Shown here one piece after another: positions 1 to 13,811 of a stretch of 64,000 nucleotides of DNA (the first letter of the stretch is position 1; the number at the start of each line of letters is the position of its first letter). The position numbers were made by a program, and so were the translations under genes. The notes beneath the pieces were generated by a model that was given only the letters and a program-made list of their open reading frames with translations, had not been told where the DNA came from and did not search any database. Location of the stretch: assembly GCA_965644315.1 (NCBI GenBank), contig CBFFRQ010000069.1:62001-126000 (forward strand), read 5' to 3'. Source of the DNA: Caecitellus pseudoparvulus. Taxonomy: Eukaryota > Protista > Bigyra: Bicosoecida.

Positions 1-902
1 GGAACCATGCTGGCTCCCGCCAGCCGGATGGGCGGCCATCTGGAAAGAATCCAAGCCAAAACTAAAGTCCGTAGTACTGGGATAAGTTGTGCAGCTTTTA
101 GTATGCTCTGAGTTGGATTTGAGTGAAGTATCATTTTATTCCTGCAAACCGATTTCCGCAATTCTCACTTGCCAATCACTACGACCTACAGCAAAACCTG
201 CATCAGGCTGGCGAGTGCAAGCGATTGATTCCGCATGAAGTACATATCGATCAGTTTTTGGTGGGGTTCCCAACTCAAATATCCCAAGAATCCTCATTTC
301 GCCATTTCTGATATAAGCCTGAACTCCTACAGTAGTCAATCAGCAATTTCTTACTGTAAGGTTTCACGAGACCTAATTGTGGGGATGACGTGGACCGCCA
401 CACGCCACGGGCCGAATCTCATGAGTCAAGCAGGTGGCGGGACAGTCCATCTTACGGCGAGGGACTCAGACCATGCAACAGGGTGACATTAACTCCCCAC
501 AGGCCGTTTCACTCTTGATTGCGCATTCTGGCAGCGCTGCACTGAGTCAAAGCGAGAGCCAACTTCCGACCGTGACCTCGGGCTACTTCCCGCAGCAGCA
601 GCTGAGACAGCGCAGCCCCAAGGTAAACCCCTCCCTTCAAGGGCTGGTTCAAGGCGCCGCCCGCTCTTCACTTCGCCTTGCTATACAAGACAACTTCCCG
701 CTGGTATAGGCCATGTGCACGGCAGTGGGACATGACCAAGTATGTGCTGGGCTGCCCATCGGCGGCTCGTGAGGGGAGGTTGGTTTCAGCGGTGCCCGGT
801 CCTGGCCATGCGCACGAGAAAAGCCAAAGGAGCAAAGTGACTGGGGTCATGGGCCTCAGGGCCACAAGCCTGGACATCAGACAGCAGGCGAGCTCGCTGC
901 GC

Positions 903-3411
903 TCACTGTTCGGGGCAGTAATCGTAGTACCACAGGCTGGAGCCTGCCTCCTCAACAAAGGGACATTGGATGGACGTCGCGAAGTGTGACTGAAAGAAGT
1001 AAATCGCACAACCAACCATGGTGGCAAGAAAGGAGGCAGTCCACCCCGGCGGCCGCACCTCAAACGCCCGCAGCAACCGACTCGTCATCAAGTCCAAGTA
1101 GTGCACCACCCCATACCCCCACGGCATGCGCCCCTCTCGACCCGCCGCCTCCCACGCCGCCTTCGCCGTCAGCTGCTCCCACACAGCTGCATGCTCGTCC
1201 TGCAGCGCCGGGGCATGCGCCTGCCGCACCCGCGCAGCATACGCCGCATCCAGCCGGGGACAGCAGGGGTGGCACATGACACAGGTGTCCTGGGGTGCCA
1301 CATCACACCCGCCGCCCCGCACAGTGGGAGCTGGTGTGCCGCCGTGCACGCTCACCTGCCGTGCGGGGGATGCAGCGGGCGCCATCAGCACCATGGCGGG
1401 CGTGTGCGGTGTCGCTGCCGTGGGGGAGGCGGCGTCGGCCAGGTCCAGCGAGCGCGGGGTGCCGCTGCCGCCGCCCTGCTCCTCGTCCCCCGGCGGCCGA
1501 GGCGACGGCGTGCCGGGCATGGACATGCTGGGCACATCCGCTCCCAGGCTGCAGTCGCCCTTGCCTGCGCCGTCCCCGCTGTCGTCCAGCAGGGCGACGG
1601 GTGTGGCTGCGGTGAGGGCCTTGCCTGGCAGGTGCAGGCGGCGGGTGTGGTAGGCCAGCGTGGCCTCGGTGTCGATGGGGGTGTACCCCACCGCCTCGCC
1701 CCACCACCAGCGTGCCGCAGCGTAGGCCAGGAAGGGCGCCACGTCTGTGCCCAGCTCCAGCACCAGCTGCACGGCGACGCGCCCGGTGATGTCGGTGAGG
1801 GTGAGAGGGGCGCCACCTGGCGTGGCGGGGATGCGGAAGAACGCCACCGTCGGGATCATCATGAGCACCGCCACATCCTCACACATGGTGTCCAGGTGCA
1901 GGAAGTGGTAGTGGGCTCGTGTGCGCCGGCGCTGCCGCCACCTGCGCTCCTGTGCCGTCGCGCCGGGGTGGCTGCACAGCCGGCACCGCCGGGGCAGGCG
2001 GGCACACGCGGCTGAGTACATGGCGTCCCGGGCTGGCATGGTGAAGCGCATGAGCATCTCCACAGCAGCGATGGCGAGGGAGAGGCCGATGGTGACGTAG
2101 ATGGAGTCGACGGCGGTGGTGAAGAAGCGGCCGAGGATGGCGGAGAAGGCGGCGGAGGGCAGCATGAAGAGGACCATGAGCTGTGAGGGGACTTCATGGG
2201 CGAGGGAGGAGCGGGCGAGCCAGCGCAGGACAGCCTGGATGGCTTCTGTGTGAAGTGGTAGGATGCCGAGGCGAAGGAACACCCGCATCCATGTGCCACT
2301 GGAGCTGAAGAGCGGCAGGTATAATGACAAGATGACGAAGATGTTCACGAAAATGATCATCAGGTACGTCAGCGACATCCTTATCGGCTTCTTTGCAAGG
2401 GTGAAGGCAATGGATCGGAGGTGCATGGGCCACCCGACAGTGACAACCACCTGTGAGTGAGGGACAGGCAAAGCGGTGCTGCATGCTACAGGGAAGCGAT
2501 GCAGAGGGGGTACATACCAGTCCAAGGATAGAGACGAGGACGTAAAGGAGTTGGAATTCGCGCTCCATATCGGCTGGAGTGCGCGTGGCCAGGCTGAAGT
2601 ATGGCAGGGACACTAAGAACAACACTGAGAAGGCCAGCCCCAGCATGGCGAGCACACTCCCTCGGTGTGGAAGTTGCCATCCTGCAATGGCTACCCACGT
2701 TCCACCAGCAATGCAAAAGCTGGACAGCGCTGATGCCAGGCACTGCGTCGAGAGCTGCACCCAAAACAGCGGACTCTGTGAGGGGCGTCGGCGAGAGAGC
2801 GGGAGCGGTTCCAAGGCAAGGCCTATGCGTAGTTCTATGCTAAACACCATGGGACATTGAGCACAGGTTGGCGGATGCCTAAGCCTGGCTTGGCGAGCTT
2901 GCCGCGCAAGGAGCACCTGCGCCACTCACGCTTTCAGGAGGCGACTCTGGCGCTGAGAGTGCGAAGAGCCCAGTTGGCTGGAAAGTGGAGTTGGGAGAGC
3001 CTCTGACAAAAGGGATGACCAGGTTGAGAGAGGAGCGCCCTGCGGGGGCGGCGCGGTCCTGGCCCGTGCTGCAGCGGAATGCAAGCTGCGGCCTCAGCGA
3101 AGCCTTGGTCCAATCGACGCCAGGCCGGGCTGACAGGCGACTCACGGGCCTCGTTGAAGATGTAGTTGGACAGGTAAAACCTTCCCAGGGCAACGACAGT
3201 GACAAGCAGCGCTGTTGACAGCGTCAAGAGCTTCATGGAGCCGGCATGACGGCTGGGCGGTGTGGAAAGGTGCAGTGCAGCAGGGCTGCGAAGGCTTGGC
3301 ACTCCTTCGCACCACTCACAGCGCACTAGCAAAGGCCTGCACGGGCGTCAGTGCAACAGTATGACGAACATGCCTTCCTGCAGGTGTGGGACTATCACCA
3401 TTGCGAGCCAT
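903..3411 (-). CDS. Uncharacterised multi-pass membrane protein, paralogue A of a three-member family; predicted exons 3411-3320, 3252-3146, 3068-2930, 2839-2518, 2450-903
   Basis: ORFs 903..2525, 2194..2925, 2934..3332 and 3316..3603 join in frame through GT-AG introns (3253-3319, 3069-3145, 2840-2929, 2451-2517). The product has many hydrophobic segments and ends QCPFVEEAGSSLWYYDYCPEQ, a motif shared with the genes at 28707 and 32196. The 5' exons are less certain. Confidence 0.75.
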
Positions 3412-4200
3412 CGTGCCGCCTGCCAAGGGTGGGGGGAAACAGCAACCAGCTGCCGCTGCGCCGGCTGCTCGGCTGGGGCGGGATGCTCGTTCGAACCTTG
3501 CCGCTGGGGCCAGGGAGACAAGGCAGAGGGGAAAACGCGAGCTCAGGAACTGGTGACACGCGAAATAAGCTTGCTGCCGCAGGGTCGGCTTCACTGAAGA
3601 CACACTGTGCGAAGCGGTACGTTGCAGTTTTAGCGGCTTGTGCGGGCTGTGGTCTGATCGGGGGGGGGTGGTGTGAGGGCTCGGAAGGAGGGCAAAGGGA
3701 GGCTGAAACTTGTGGCGCGGGAAAGCAGGACGTCCTTGGAGCGTATGCCTGGGTTGCTCACTCGTTCCGCTTCAAGCCTCTGCCATGGTGGGTCGTCGGA
3801 GGTGACTGCGGGTGCTGGCACACCATGCGCCAGCGCGGCCGTTGTCCAAAACGCCGCCGCAACAGCAGCAGACGGTACAGGTATGGTCCACTGGGGAGTC
3901 AGAGACGCAAACCCCGGAGCTGCTCAATGGCCACCAGAGAGACCCTGCAATGCTGTCCTTGCAGAACGCGGATCGATAAAGCCTTATGTCAAGGGTAAAT
4001 GCCCAGACTTCTGGCGCTGTTCACCGACTTGTATGCCGGCCGAGTCGGTGCTTTGCCTCGCGCTACAGGCGGAGCCAGCTTCGCCAATGGTGGCTGCACC
4101 TGAAAGTCTTCACCCTCCTTGAACGTGGGCCTTCACTATCGTGCCTTGCTGTGTGATGCGTTTCATGTATCCCTGCGTTGTCATTCAGTAGGCGGCACGG

Positions 4201-5130
4201 TCATGGCGCTGGTTGCTTCCGCCTCATGCCAGGGTATGCTCGAGGAGGACCTTTTCTCGCCACTGCGTCCTCAGGTGAAGCACTTTGGGCAGGCACAGCG
4301 GGGAGGAGCGGCGGGTGCTGCAGTGTGCGATGCGACCGTGGCCCAACAGTGGCAGGCTGCAAGCCGTGCGGAGGAGCGGCGCCCGCTTTGGATGCCCCAG
4401 CCAGGGACAGACTCCCCGCTGAGCTTTGGTGGACCACAGGGCCGCTCTTCCTCGGCAGCTGCTGCATCGGGTCTGCATGCAGTGGCAAGACCGGCGTGCT
4501 GGCTTGCCGAGGCTTGTTTGCGAGCTTGAGAGGTGTGGTGGGATCGACCTCTGGGAGCTTGTCAGGGCTTGGTTGCGCCCAGGAGCTTGCAACTGCGGTC
4601 GCTGCGGCAACAGCCCGTAGAGCTGTGCTGATCGCAATGTCTCGCGCCCAAGCCAGTCGCTCTGGCAGGCTGAGCCCGACGCGCATGGGGCGCGTTTTAC
4701 CGAACTGCAGGGTGGTGCTGCTGTCAAGCAAGTGTGGCAGGGACTGTCCCGCTTCCACATCACCCGAAAGGTCGCAATCAGACATACATGCCGGGGATTC
4801 ATGTGGTGCGTTGGCTCCTTGGGTTTTTGCCGTCCAGGGGCGCTCAATGTGCTGGGGAGGTGGTGTCAGCCATGGCCAAAGCAAGCCACCTGAACCCAGC
4901 CCTGGCGAGGCTTCCGAAGGCGTAGATTCCACAGATGCCGTTGAGGGAGAGTGAAGCCAGGCTGGGCCTTGCCTTGTTGCCATGGGGGTGCTGCTGTCTC
5001 CCCACGACAAGGTGGGGGGTTGCCAGGGGCCAGGGCTTCGTTGAACGGCAGCGGCTGGAGCGGCTGCGCCGACGCCTTCACGTGGTGGGCAGCGGAATGG
5101 CAGGTCAGGCTGCTGGAAGTGCGGGTCCAT
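4201..5130 (-). CDS. Hypothetical low-complexity protein, divergent from HAP2
   Basis: Longest ORF in this interval (MDPHFQQ... from ATG 5130), Pro/Ser/Ala-rich, no recognisable domain. Confidence 0.3.
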   Translation of the reverse strand: MDPHFQQPDLPFRCPPREGVGAAAPAAAVQRSPGPWQPPTLSWGDSSTPMATRQGPAWLHSPSTASVESTPSEASPGLGSGGLLWPWLTPPPQHIERPWTAKTQGANAPHESPACMSDCDLSGDVEAGQSLPHLLDSSTTLQFGKTRPMRVGLSLPERLAWARDIAISTALRAVAAATAVASSWAQPSPDKLPEVDPTTPLKLANKPRQASTPVLPLHADPMQQLPRKSGPVVHQSSAGSLSLAGASKAGAAPPHGLQPATVGPRSHRTLQHPPLLPAVPAQSASPEDAVARKGPPRAYPGMRRKQPAP

Positions 5131-5533
5131 TGCTTTATGTAGCGCCTTGCCGCCTGTTTTAGGCCGAGGAGAGGCGTCGTGAGGCCCCGAATGTGTCGGT
5201 GTTTCACACCACTTCCTTTTGCGTTTCGTGCCTGATGACCGGCGGCGGTGGAGACACACAATAGGATAGCCACGAGGCTGAAAGTGCACCCCGTGTCTTG
5301 AAACTCAGACGGAGGATGCATGCAAGCTGCTTCAAGTTGTGTGCGGGCTCGGGATTTGGAGGAGTGGCGTGGCCTCCCCCCTGCTTGACTTCCTCCGCAG
5401 CGGAAACTCCGAGGCGGGCTGCCCAGGCTGCAAAAAGCCGCCAGCCCCCCAGGCACTGCACCGCGCACATGGATTTCATACATTCTTGCACGCTTCGGGT
5501 GCTTGCCAAGGCGTGCAGGCGCCCCATCTCAGC

Positions 5534-7507
5534 ATGGTGCAAGCTCTCCGGTGCCTGCTGCGGTTGGCGTTTCTCGCTGGGCTGTCCCTCACGACACACA
5601 GCACTTTGCTGGCAAGTTCAACCATAGAGCAGTGCGTTCGGACGGGCGTTGGTGCTGACGCTTGCGAGCGCCGCCTGCTGGCCACGCTGTCGGTGCAGAA
5701 TGCCCAGGAGTTGGTGGAGGGTGTAGAGACAATCAACATCGTGGCAGCTACCGACGCAAGTGGAGAGGTGCACTCTGTTCAAGACGGACTCCAAGTGTGG
5801 CTGGCCAAGAGCTCCATCTCCCTCCAGTACCCGCTGACCTACGTGCGGGACTTCAACAACAAGCCAAAGGAGGTGATCGTCCTGCGGAACTCTGGCGGCG
5901 CGGCCTTCAATGCTCTACTCAACCCTTGCCAGGACGACCCAGGCGAAGATGTAGCCTGCGGATGGGTCCGGAACAGTGCAGGTGATGCGATTCCCAACTC
6001 GCAAGGGTTCTGCTGCCGCTGTGACTTGGAGGCCATGCTGGGCTTCTACGGGACACAGGCGCGCTCTGCCGGGCACGGCGTTGAGTGCAGCATTTGGAAC
6101 TCCCAGTCTCAGACCGCCCATTGCCTGCGCATGGACGAACTGTGGTACTCAGCCTTCACAGTGGGCGCCCCGAGAGTGCAGTATGACCTGGATGTCGTCG
6201 TCAAGCACTGCCCAGCTGGTGCCCGCGGCTCGAGCGAGCCTGTCATCGTGGACCCGACGAATCTCCCCCCGGAAGATGACGTGGCGCTTCCCAACAGCGC
6301 CTACGAACAACCGCAGTGCAGCATGCAGGTGATCCGACTTGGTCCGAATCGCCCGACGGCGTGTGCGACCGTTCCCTGGTCGACACCCAACATGACCTCT
6401 GGTGCTTGCGATGTAGAGGTGTCCATCGAGGGCGACTTCGCCCCCTGGGAAGGCACACACAGCTTTCAGCACCAGTACTTGGTTGTGCCGTCTGTCTGTG
6501 ACGATGTCAGCAAGTGTGGCGCGCGGCTTGCAGATGCCCCTGGAAAGTGGATGCTGGTGGACAAGTCCAGGTTTACCCTGGACGGCAGCACGTGCAACAA
6601 GATCGGTGTGAGCTACACAGCATTTCGAAGTCAAGGGCAGCGGTGTGACGTTCCAGTGCAGTCCTGTCTAGGTGGGCAGCTGCATGACTTGTACGCCTTG
6701 GATCAGGCGGCGCTGGAAGCTGGCGAGACAGGCGCATACTTTGCTCGCTTTCAGCCCGCAGGCACACTGACCCAAACGCGGGACACGACGCAGCTTGTGT
6801 ACAGGACTGATCGCTACCAGCGAACGGTGGTGGCTCTGAACCTCAACGCAGATGGCCTGACGCTCATTCGCAATGTGTCACCCGGGCGCCTGCTTGCGGC
6901 GAACGTAACGGACTTCACTGCATTCAGTGGAAACGGCCGCCTTCGCGTCGTGGCGCAGAACCTTGGCGTGGTTCTGTCTCCCTTCACTGTCAGTGTGTCC
7001 TGCTCGAGATTCATCGCCGAAGTTCCCAGCAAGCAAGTCACACTGCCCGTGTCCACAAGCAGCGTCGCCGAGGCCGAAGCGGGGGGCAATCCCCTCGACT
7101 TGCTGACCTTCGCCCTTGAAGCCACAAGGCGAGGGCAAGGACAGCACTGGTGCCGCGTTTCACTGCAAGACGCACTTCAGCGGGAAGTGGATACCCGCAG
7201 TGTCAACTTCACGACCTTTGCCGTGGAAGTCGATCGGGGCTCGCAGGGGGGCGAAGCGGAGGAGGGTGCCCCGGATGCCAGTGACACGGCGGTCGCCCAA
7301 GGGTCCTCGGCGTCCTGCGAAAGCAAGTGCTCCGAGTGGTATGATATGCCGTGTGCAGTCTTGCAGGGTTGCTGGGAGCGCGTGCTGCACGGGCTTCTGG
7401 GTATTCTTGGGGTTGTCCTGCTGGGCAGTGCCATCTGGCGCGCTGTGCGCTGTGCATCCGCCGCTTCCCAGGCGCCCGCGCCGCCGCCACCCAAAGCGGC
7501 CCACTAA
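5534..7507 (+). CDS. HAP2: HAP2/GCS1 gamete membrane fusogen (class II fusexin), 657 aa, intronless
   Basis: Signal peptide MVQALRCLLRLAFLAGLSL, then LLASSTIEQC, NSQGFCCRC, TAHCLRMDELWYSAF, LDGSTCNKIGVSYTAFRSQGQRC..SCLGGQL (HAP2-GCS1 domain), a Cys-rich juxtamembrane segment and a single C-terminal TM helix. Confidence 0.95.
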   Translation: MVQALRCLLRLAFLAGLSLTTHSTLLASSTIEQCVRTGVGADACERRLLATLSVQNAQELVEGVETINIVAATDASGEVHSVQDGLQVWLAKSSISLQYPLTYVRDFNNKPKEVIVLRNSGGAAFNALLNPCQDDPGEDVACGWVRNSAGDAIPNSQGFCCRCDLEAMLGFYGTQARSAGHGVECSIWNSQSQTAHCLRMDELWYSAFTVGAPRVQYDLDVVVKHCPAGARGSSEPVIVDPTNLPPEDDVALPNSAYEQPQCSMQVIRLGPNRPTACATVPWSTPNMTSGACDVEVSIEGDFAPWEGTHSFQHQYLVVPSVCDDVSKCGARLADAPGKWMLVDKSRFTLDGSTCNKIGVSYTAFRSQGQRCDVPVQSCLGGQLHDLYALDQAALEAGETGAYFARFQPAGTLTQTRDTTQLVYRTDRYQRTVVALNLNADGLTLIRNVSPGRLLAANVTDFTAFSGNGRLRVVAQNLGVVLSPFTVSVSCSRFIAEVPSKQVTLPVSTSSVAEAEAGGNPLDLLTFALEATRRGQGQHWCRVSLQDALQREVDTRSVNFTTFAVEVDRGSQGGEAEEGAPDASDTAVAQGSSASCESKCSEWYDMPCAVLQGCWERVLHGLLGILGVVLLGSAIWRAVRCASAASQAPAPPPPKAAH

Positions 7508-7943
7508 TATAATCCATTTGTAGTCTATGTCATGGCCCCCCTGTACTGAACTATGCCGCATGTGCAAGCGAAGCTCCCGAGCTTCGTGCGCAGTGAGAGT
7601 CAATGCCGGGCGTGGCTAGGCCGGAGCCCCCCTCCAGTCAGACAGTGCTCAGAATTGACTTGATCAGAAGCAGCAGCTCGTGTCATTTGGGCCAACGCGC
7701 AGCCAAGGGTGCTGCACGACGCGGACGGAGGCGGACGGGTGCGCCCCGTGCAGCGCTTCGGCACAGGAAGCTGGCACGCCTCGATCTGCCACGCGAGCTG
7801 GGCTAGGCAAATGCACATTCCCGCTCCCAGGGCACAACTTGCCACACACCCATCTCTGGGATCCCTCTGCTGAGCCTGGTTCGCGCAGCTTCGGTGCAGC
7901 CCAAGAAGCCGCGCCCGTGTGCCTGCCGCACCAGCACCAGTGA

Positions 7944-10459
<2,516 letters not shown>

Positions 10460-10640
10460 CGAGCTCAGCCACCTTCAGTGCTGGCAGCAGACTGCAGCCA
10501 GCACTTCAAATTCACCCCTCAAATATCTCTGCATTTCACTAAGCCTTGCATGCACCCTGGCCGTCACACGTGCTTGTTGCCCCGGCTGGGTCACTGTGTC
10601 ACCTTTCCCAGCAGCACTGCCGTTGGGCAATTGCCAAGCC

Positions 10641-12057
10641 ATGGCTTCGCAGGCTTTCAACCCAGAAGGCGTCAAGGTGGCGATTGTGGGCAAGAACTTC
10701 CCCGCCTCGGGGGACAAAGCCACTCTGAAAATGCAATTGGAAGCCCTTGGCTTCAAGGTCCTCGTGCGTGGGGCTGTGCGGCATCACACCAGTGTGTGTC
10801 GAAACACGGCGCGAAACGCTGCATCGTGCTGCTCCTCTGACACAGTCCCGCGTCACTGCCAACGTCACGCACGTCTTTCCTGGCACGGACCTGCCTTCCT
10901 CAGCCGTCCAGTCCACGCTGCGCTCCCGGGCAGACATCAAAGTTGCCCCTGACTCCGCTTTGAGCGACTTGCAGGAGGGGAGGGAACCTGCCTGGTGCAC
11001 TTGGCACCAGCACTCAACGGGCGAAACGCCCAGTGCCCCCCAGGTGGTGTCTGCCTACCCCCAAACAGCACAAGCAGCACAGCCGGCAACAGTGGCAGCT
11101 CGGTCAGCATCAGGAAGGTCCCAGAGGCGCTCTGCACGCGCCACGCAGGCAACTGAGGCCGCCGCAGCGGTTGAGGCGGCGATTGAGGCCGCAGAGCAGG
11201 AGGAAGGCGAGGAGCCTCGGCTGCGACCGTGGCGCGCGGCGGCCAGCATGGCGACGCAGCAGCGCATCCACCGCGCACGCACCCAGACACTGTACCTGGT
11301 GAACCGTGAGGCCGTCAGCGACACCCACGTGAACTTCCAAGTGCTGGGGTCCACGGGCAACCTGTACACCGTCACCATCTCCAACTTGACAGACTGCACC
11401 TGCCCCGACTCCGCCCGCGGCAACCTGTGCAAACACCGGCTGTTCGTCATGCTCAAGGTGTTGCGCCGGCGCACGAGTGACCCCCTCGTGTGGCAGGCGG
11501 CGCTGCTGGACAGCGAGCTGCGGCGCCTGTTCGCGGCAGCGCCCCAGCCAGGCAGTGTCGGCGCAGCGCTGGCCAGCGCCTCTGTGCGCGCGGCTGTCAT
11601 GGCGGCCACAGGGGCACAGGACTGCATTGGGGGCGCAGACCCCGCCCCGTCCGCGCCTGCTGCTAGCGGTGGCGGCGGAGGTGGTGGCGCTGAGGGGGAG
11701 GTGTCCTCTGCTGGGATAGCGCGCAAGGGCGTGAACGAGGGTGACTGCTGCCCCATCTGCTTCGAAGACATGGAGCCAGGGACAGAGGACCAGCTGGTGT
11801 GGTGCAAGGGGGCCTGCGGGCAGAACCTGCACGTGGCCTGCATGAAGCAGTGGACAACAGCCAAGCGGCGAGCTGGCGCGCCAGTGACTTGTGTCTACTG
11901 CCGAGCGGCGTGGTTGGAGGACACGCCGGCAGCTGGAACAGGCAGCAGCAGTGCTGGCGGGTACCTGAATTTCGCAGACGGCACGGGGCAGCGGCGGGAT
12001 CGCAGTTCATCAGGGTACGCCTTCGCGCAGTGGGGGCGGCGGCAGTACGTGAGGTGA
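10641..12057 (+). CDS. BRCT-like + SWIM zinc finger + RING protein (ZSWIM2/MEKK1-type SWIM-RING, putative E3 ligase); intron 10764-10845
   Basis: SWIM FQVLGSTGNLYTV...CTCPD...LCKH; RING CPICFEDM..C...CGQNLHVACM..W..CVYCR; spliced N-terminus EGVKVAIVG..KATLKMQLEALGFKVLSRVTANVTHVFPG resembles BRCT. Confidence 0.85.
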
Positions 12058-12142
12058 AGGGGCGAGGGATTGTGGTGGTGTGTCCAGCGGCGCTGCAGTG
12101 TGCAATGCATTGGGTGTGCGAGGGGGTGGGCGCCCACTGTCC

Positions 12143-13328
12143 TCACGCGAACTGCATGTACCACCTGTTCTTGTACCGGTACATCATGACGATGGTGGAG
12201 TACGCGAAGAAGAAGAGCCCTGCGACGCCGATGGCGACAGAGGTCTTGGCTGCGGGGGAGCTGATGTACTTGGACCACTGCGTGAGGGCCACCACTGCCA
12301 GGGCACAGGCGATGTTCAGGGCGCCCACTAGCAGGCCCTCCAGCACAGTCTGCGTGCCGTTCTGGGCGATGACCACCACCGGCTTGCGCGTGGCGGGGTC
12401 CAGGGAGATCCAAGGCACCCCCCGGATGATGTCGTACAGGACGCCCGAGACGGCGATGAAGAAGAACGCCACTGCGACGATGATCCACAGGGGCTTGAAG
12501 TCCCGTAGCGCCATGGCCAGGTCCAGCAGCGGCTGGAAGGCGAAGCGCAGAGCCAGCACGACGAGCCCCGCCAGCAGCAGCAGGGCGATGATGGCGGGCC
12601 AGGGCGAGCGCACGATGGCGAACTGTGCAGTGAGGAGAGGGGGGGGGTGAGTGGTGCTTCCAGAGCAGGGGCTGGGGTCAGGCAGCGTGTACGCACCCCG
12701 ACGCCGGTCTTGCCTCGGACGAAGTTCTCCACGTTCTCCGCCAGGAAGTGGTCTGCCGCATACTTCCACCCAGCCGGCAGGTCCACCACGTCGATGGCGT
12801 GGGAGCCAGTGGGCGCGAAGTGCACCAACTGCGGCACGCCCTTCAGCTTGTACTGCGCGCAGCGGAAGGCAGGGTGGGTGTGGTCAGCGCCAGAGCAGGC
12901 AGCGCCAGTGCCAGGTGTCCGCCGGGGCACAGCGCCTGGGCGCCAGTGCGCAGCGCACGCACCTTGCCAAAGGCATTGCGGTTCTTGTTGAACATGGCCA
13001 CGCCAAAGAAGGCTGGCTGTGCCCCGCCGTGGCCCTTGGCACGCGCCGCGCCGTAGCTTGCAGCGGCCACTGCCACCTCGGCTTGAAACGGTGCGCACAC
13101 TTCGCACTTGAACGGGCCCTCCGGCGCGTTGAACAGGACGAACATGTGGTACGGCCGGTTGGCAGCAGAGACATACTTCTCGAAGTTCTTGTCTGTGAGT
13201 GTCAGCAGGCTGGCGCTGTTGCCAGTGAGCGTGTCCAGCGCTGCTAGCTTTGCATCGCCTTCGGGTGAGGCAGCTGCCACGCCGAGTGCTGCCGCCAGGG
13301 CGACAGCCGCCGCCACACGCAGCACCAT
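12143..13328 (-). CDS. OST3: Oligosaccharyltransferase subunit OST3/OST6 (MAGT1/TUSC3 family); exons 13328-12963, 12852-12697, 12622-12143
   Basis: Signal peptide, thioredoxin-like domain with CEVC and LTDKNF..Y...RPY, then four TM helices with SG.LYDIIRGVP, QTVLEG and YRYKNRWY. Confidence 0.9.
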
Positions 13329-13811
13329 GGCGAGCCTGGCGTCAAGCACCAATGCCAGCACGCGGAAAGGGTGCTGTGACACCTTGTCGTCGCATGTCGG
13401 GGGCCTGTGGGCTTTGCGGGTCGGTGGGCACTGTCCGCCTGGCTCTGCCCCGCCGCGCCGAAGCAGCAGTGCCTGCTTGGAGACAGAAATCAGCTCCCTG
13501 AGCCCTGTCGATGCACGCAGGCAGCTGCACCGATCGGCTGTATGCGGCGAGCTTGCCCCAGCAGCCCTCAGTCTCCCGTTGAGGCCCAGGCTGCTGCGGA
13601 GCGGGTTGTGCCACAGGCCGCCCACGCACAGCGGGCAGGCCACTGAGTGCCGCCAGTGCAGGGTTCCCATTGGTCTTGCGCTGCAGAGCCCGCTCATCCA
13701 CAGCGCAATTACACGCACTCAGTCAGTGGCGCTCCAGTACCTCCAGTCGCTTCCCCGGGAAGGCGTTGCAGCAGGCCCGGCGAGGTCGTGAGTGCGGAAA
13801 TTGCTTGCAGC

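Noticed and set aside
3826-4157. Possible plus-strand micro-exon gene (GT/AG sites near 3881, 3964, 3995, 4068)
   Set aside because: The joined peptide is short with no recognisable features; such sites occur by chance
5534-7507. HAP2 as part of an endogenous virus or mobile element
   Set aside because: No integrase, capsid, terminal repeats or compositional break; flanked by SEC23 and ordinary host genes
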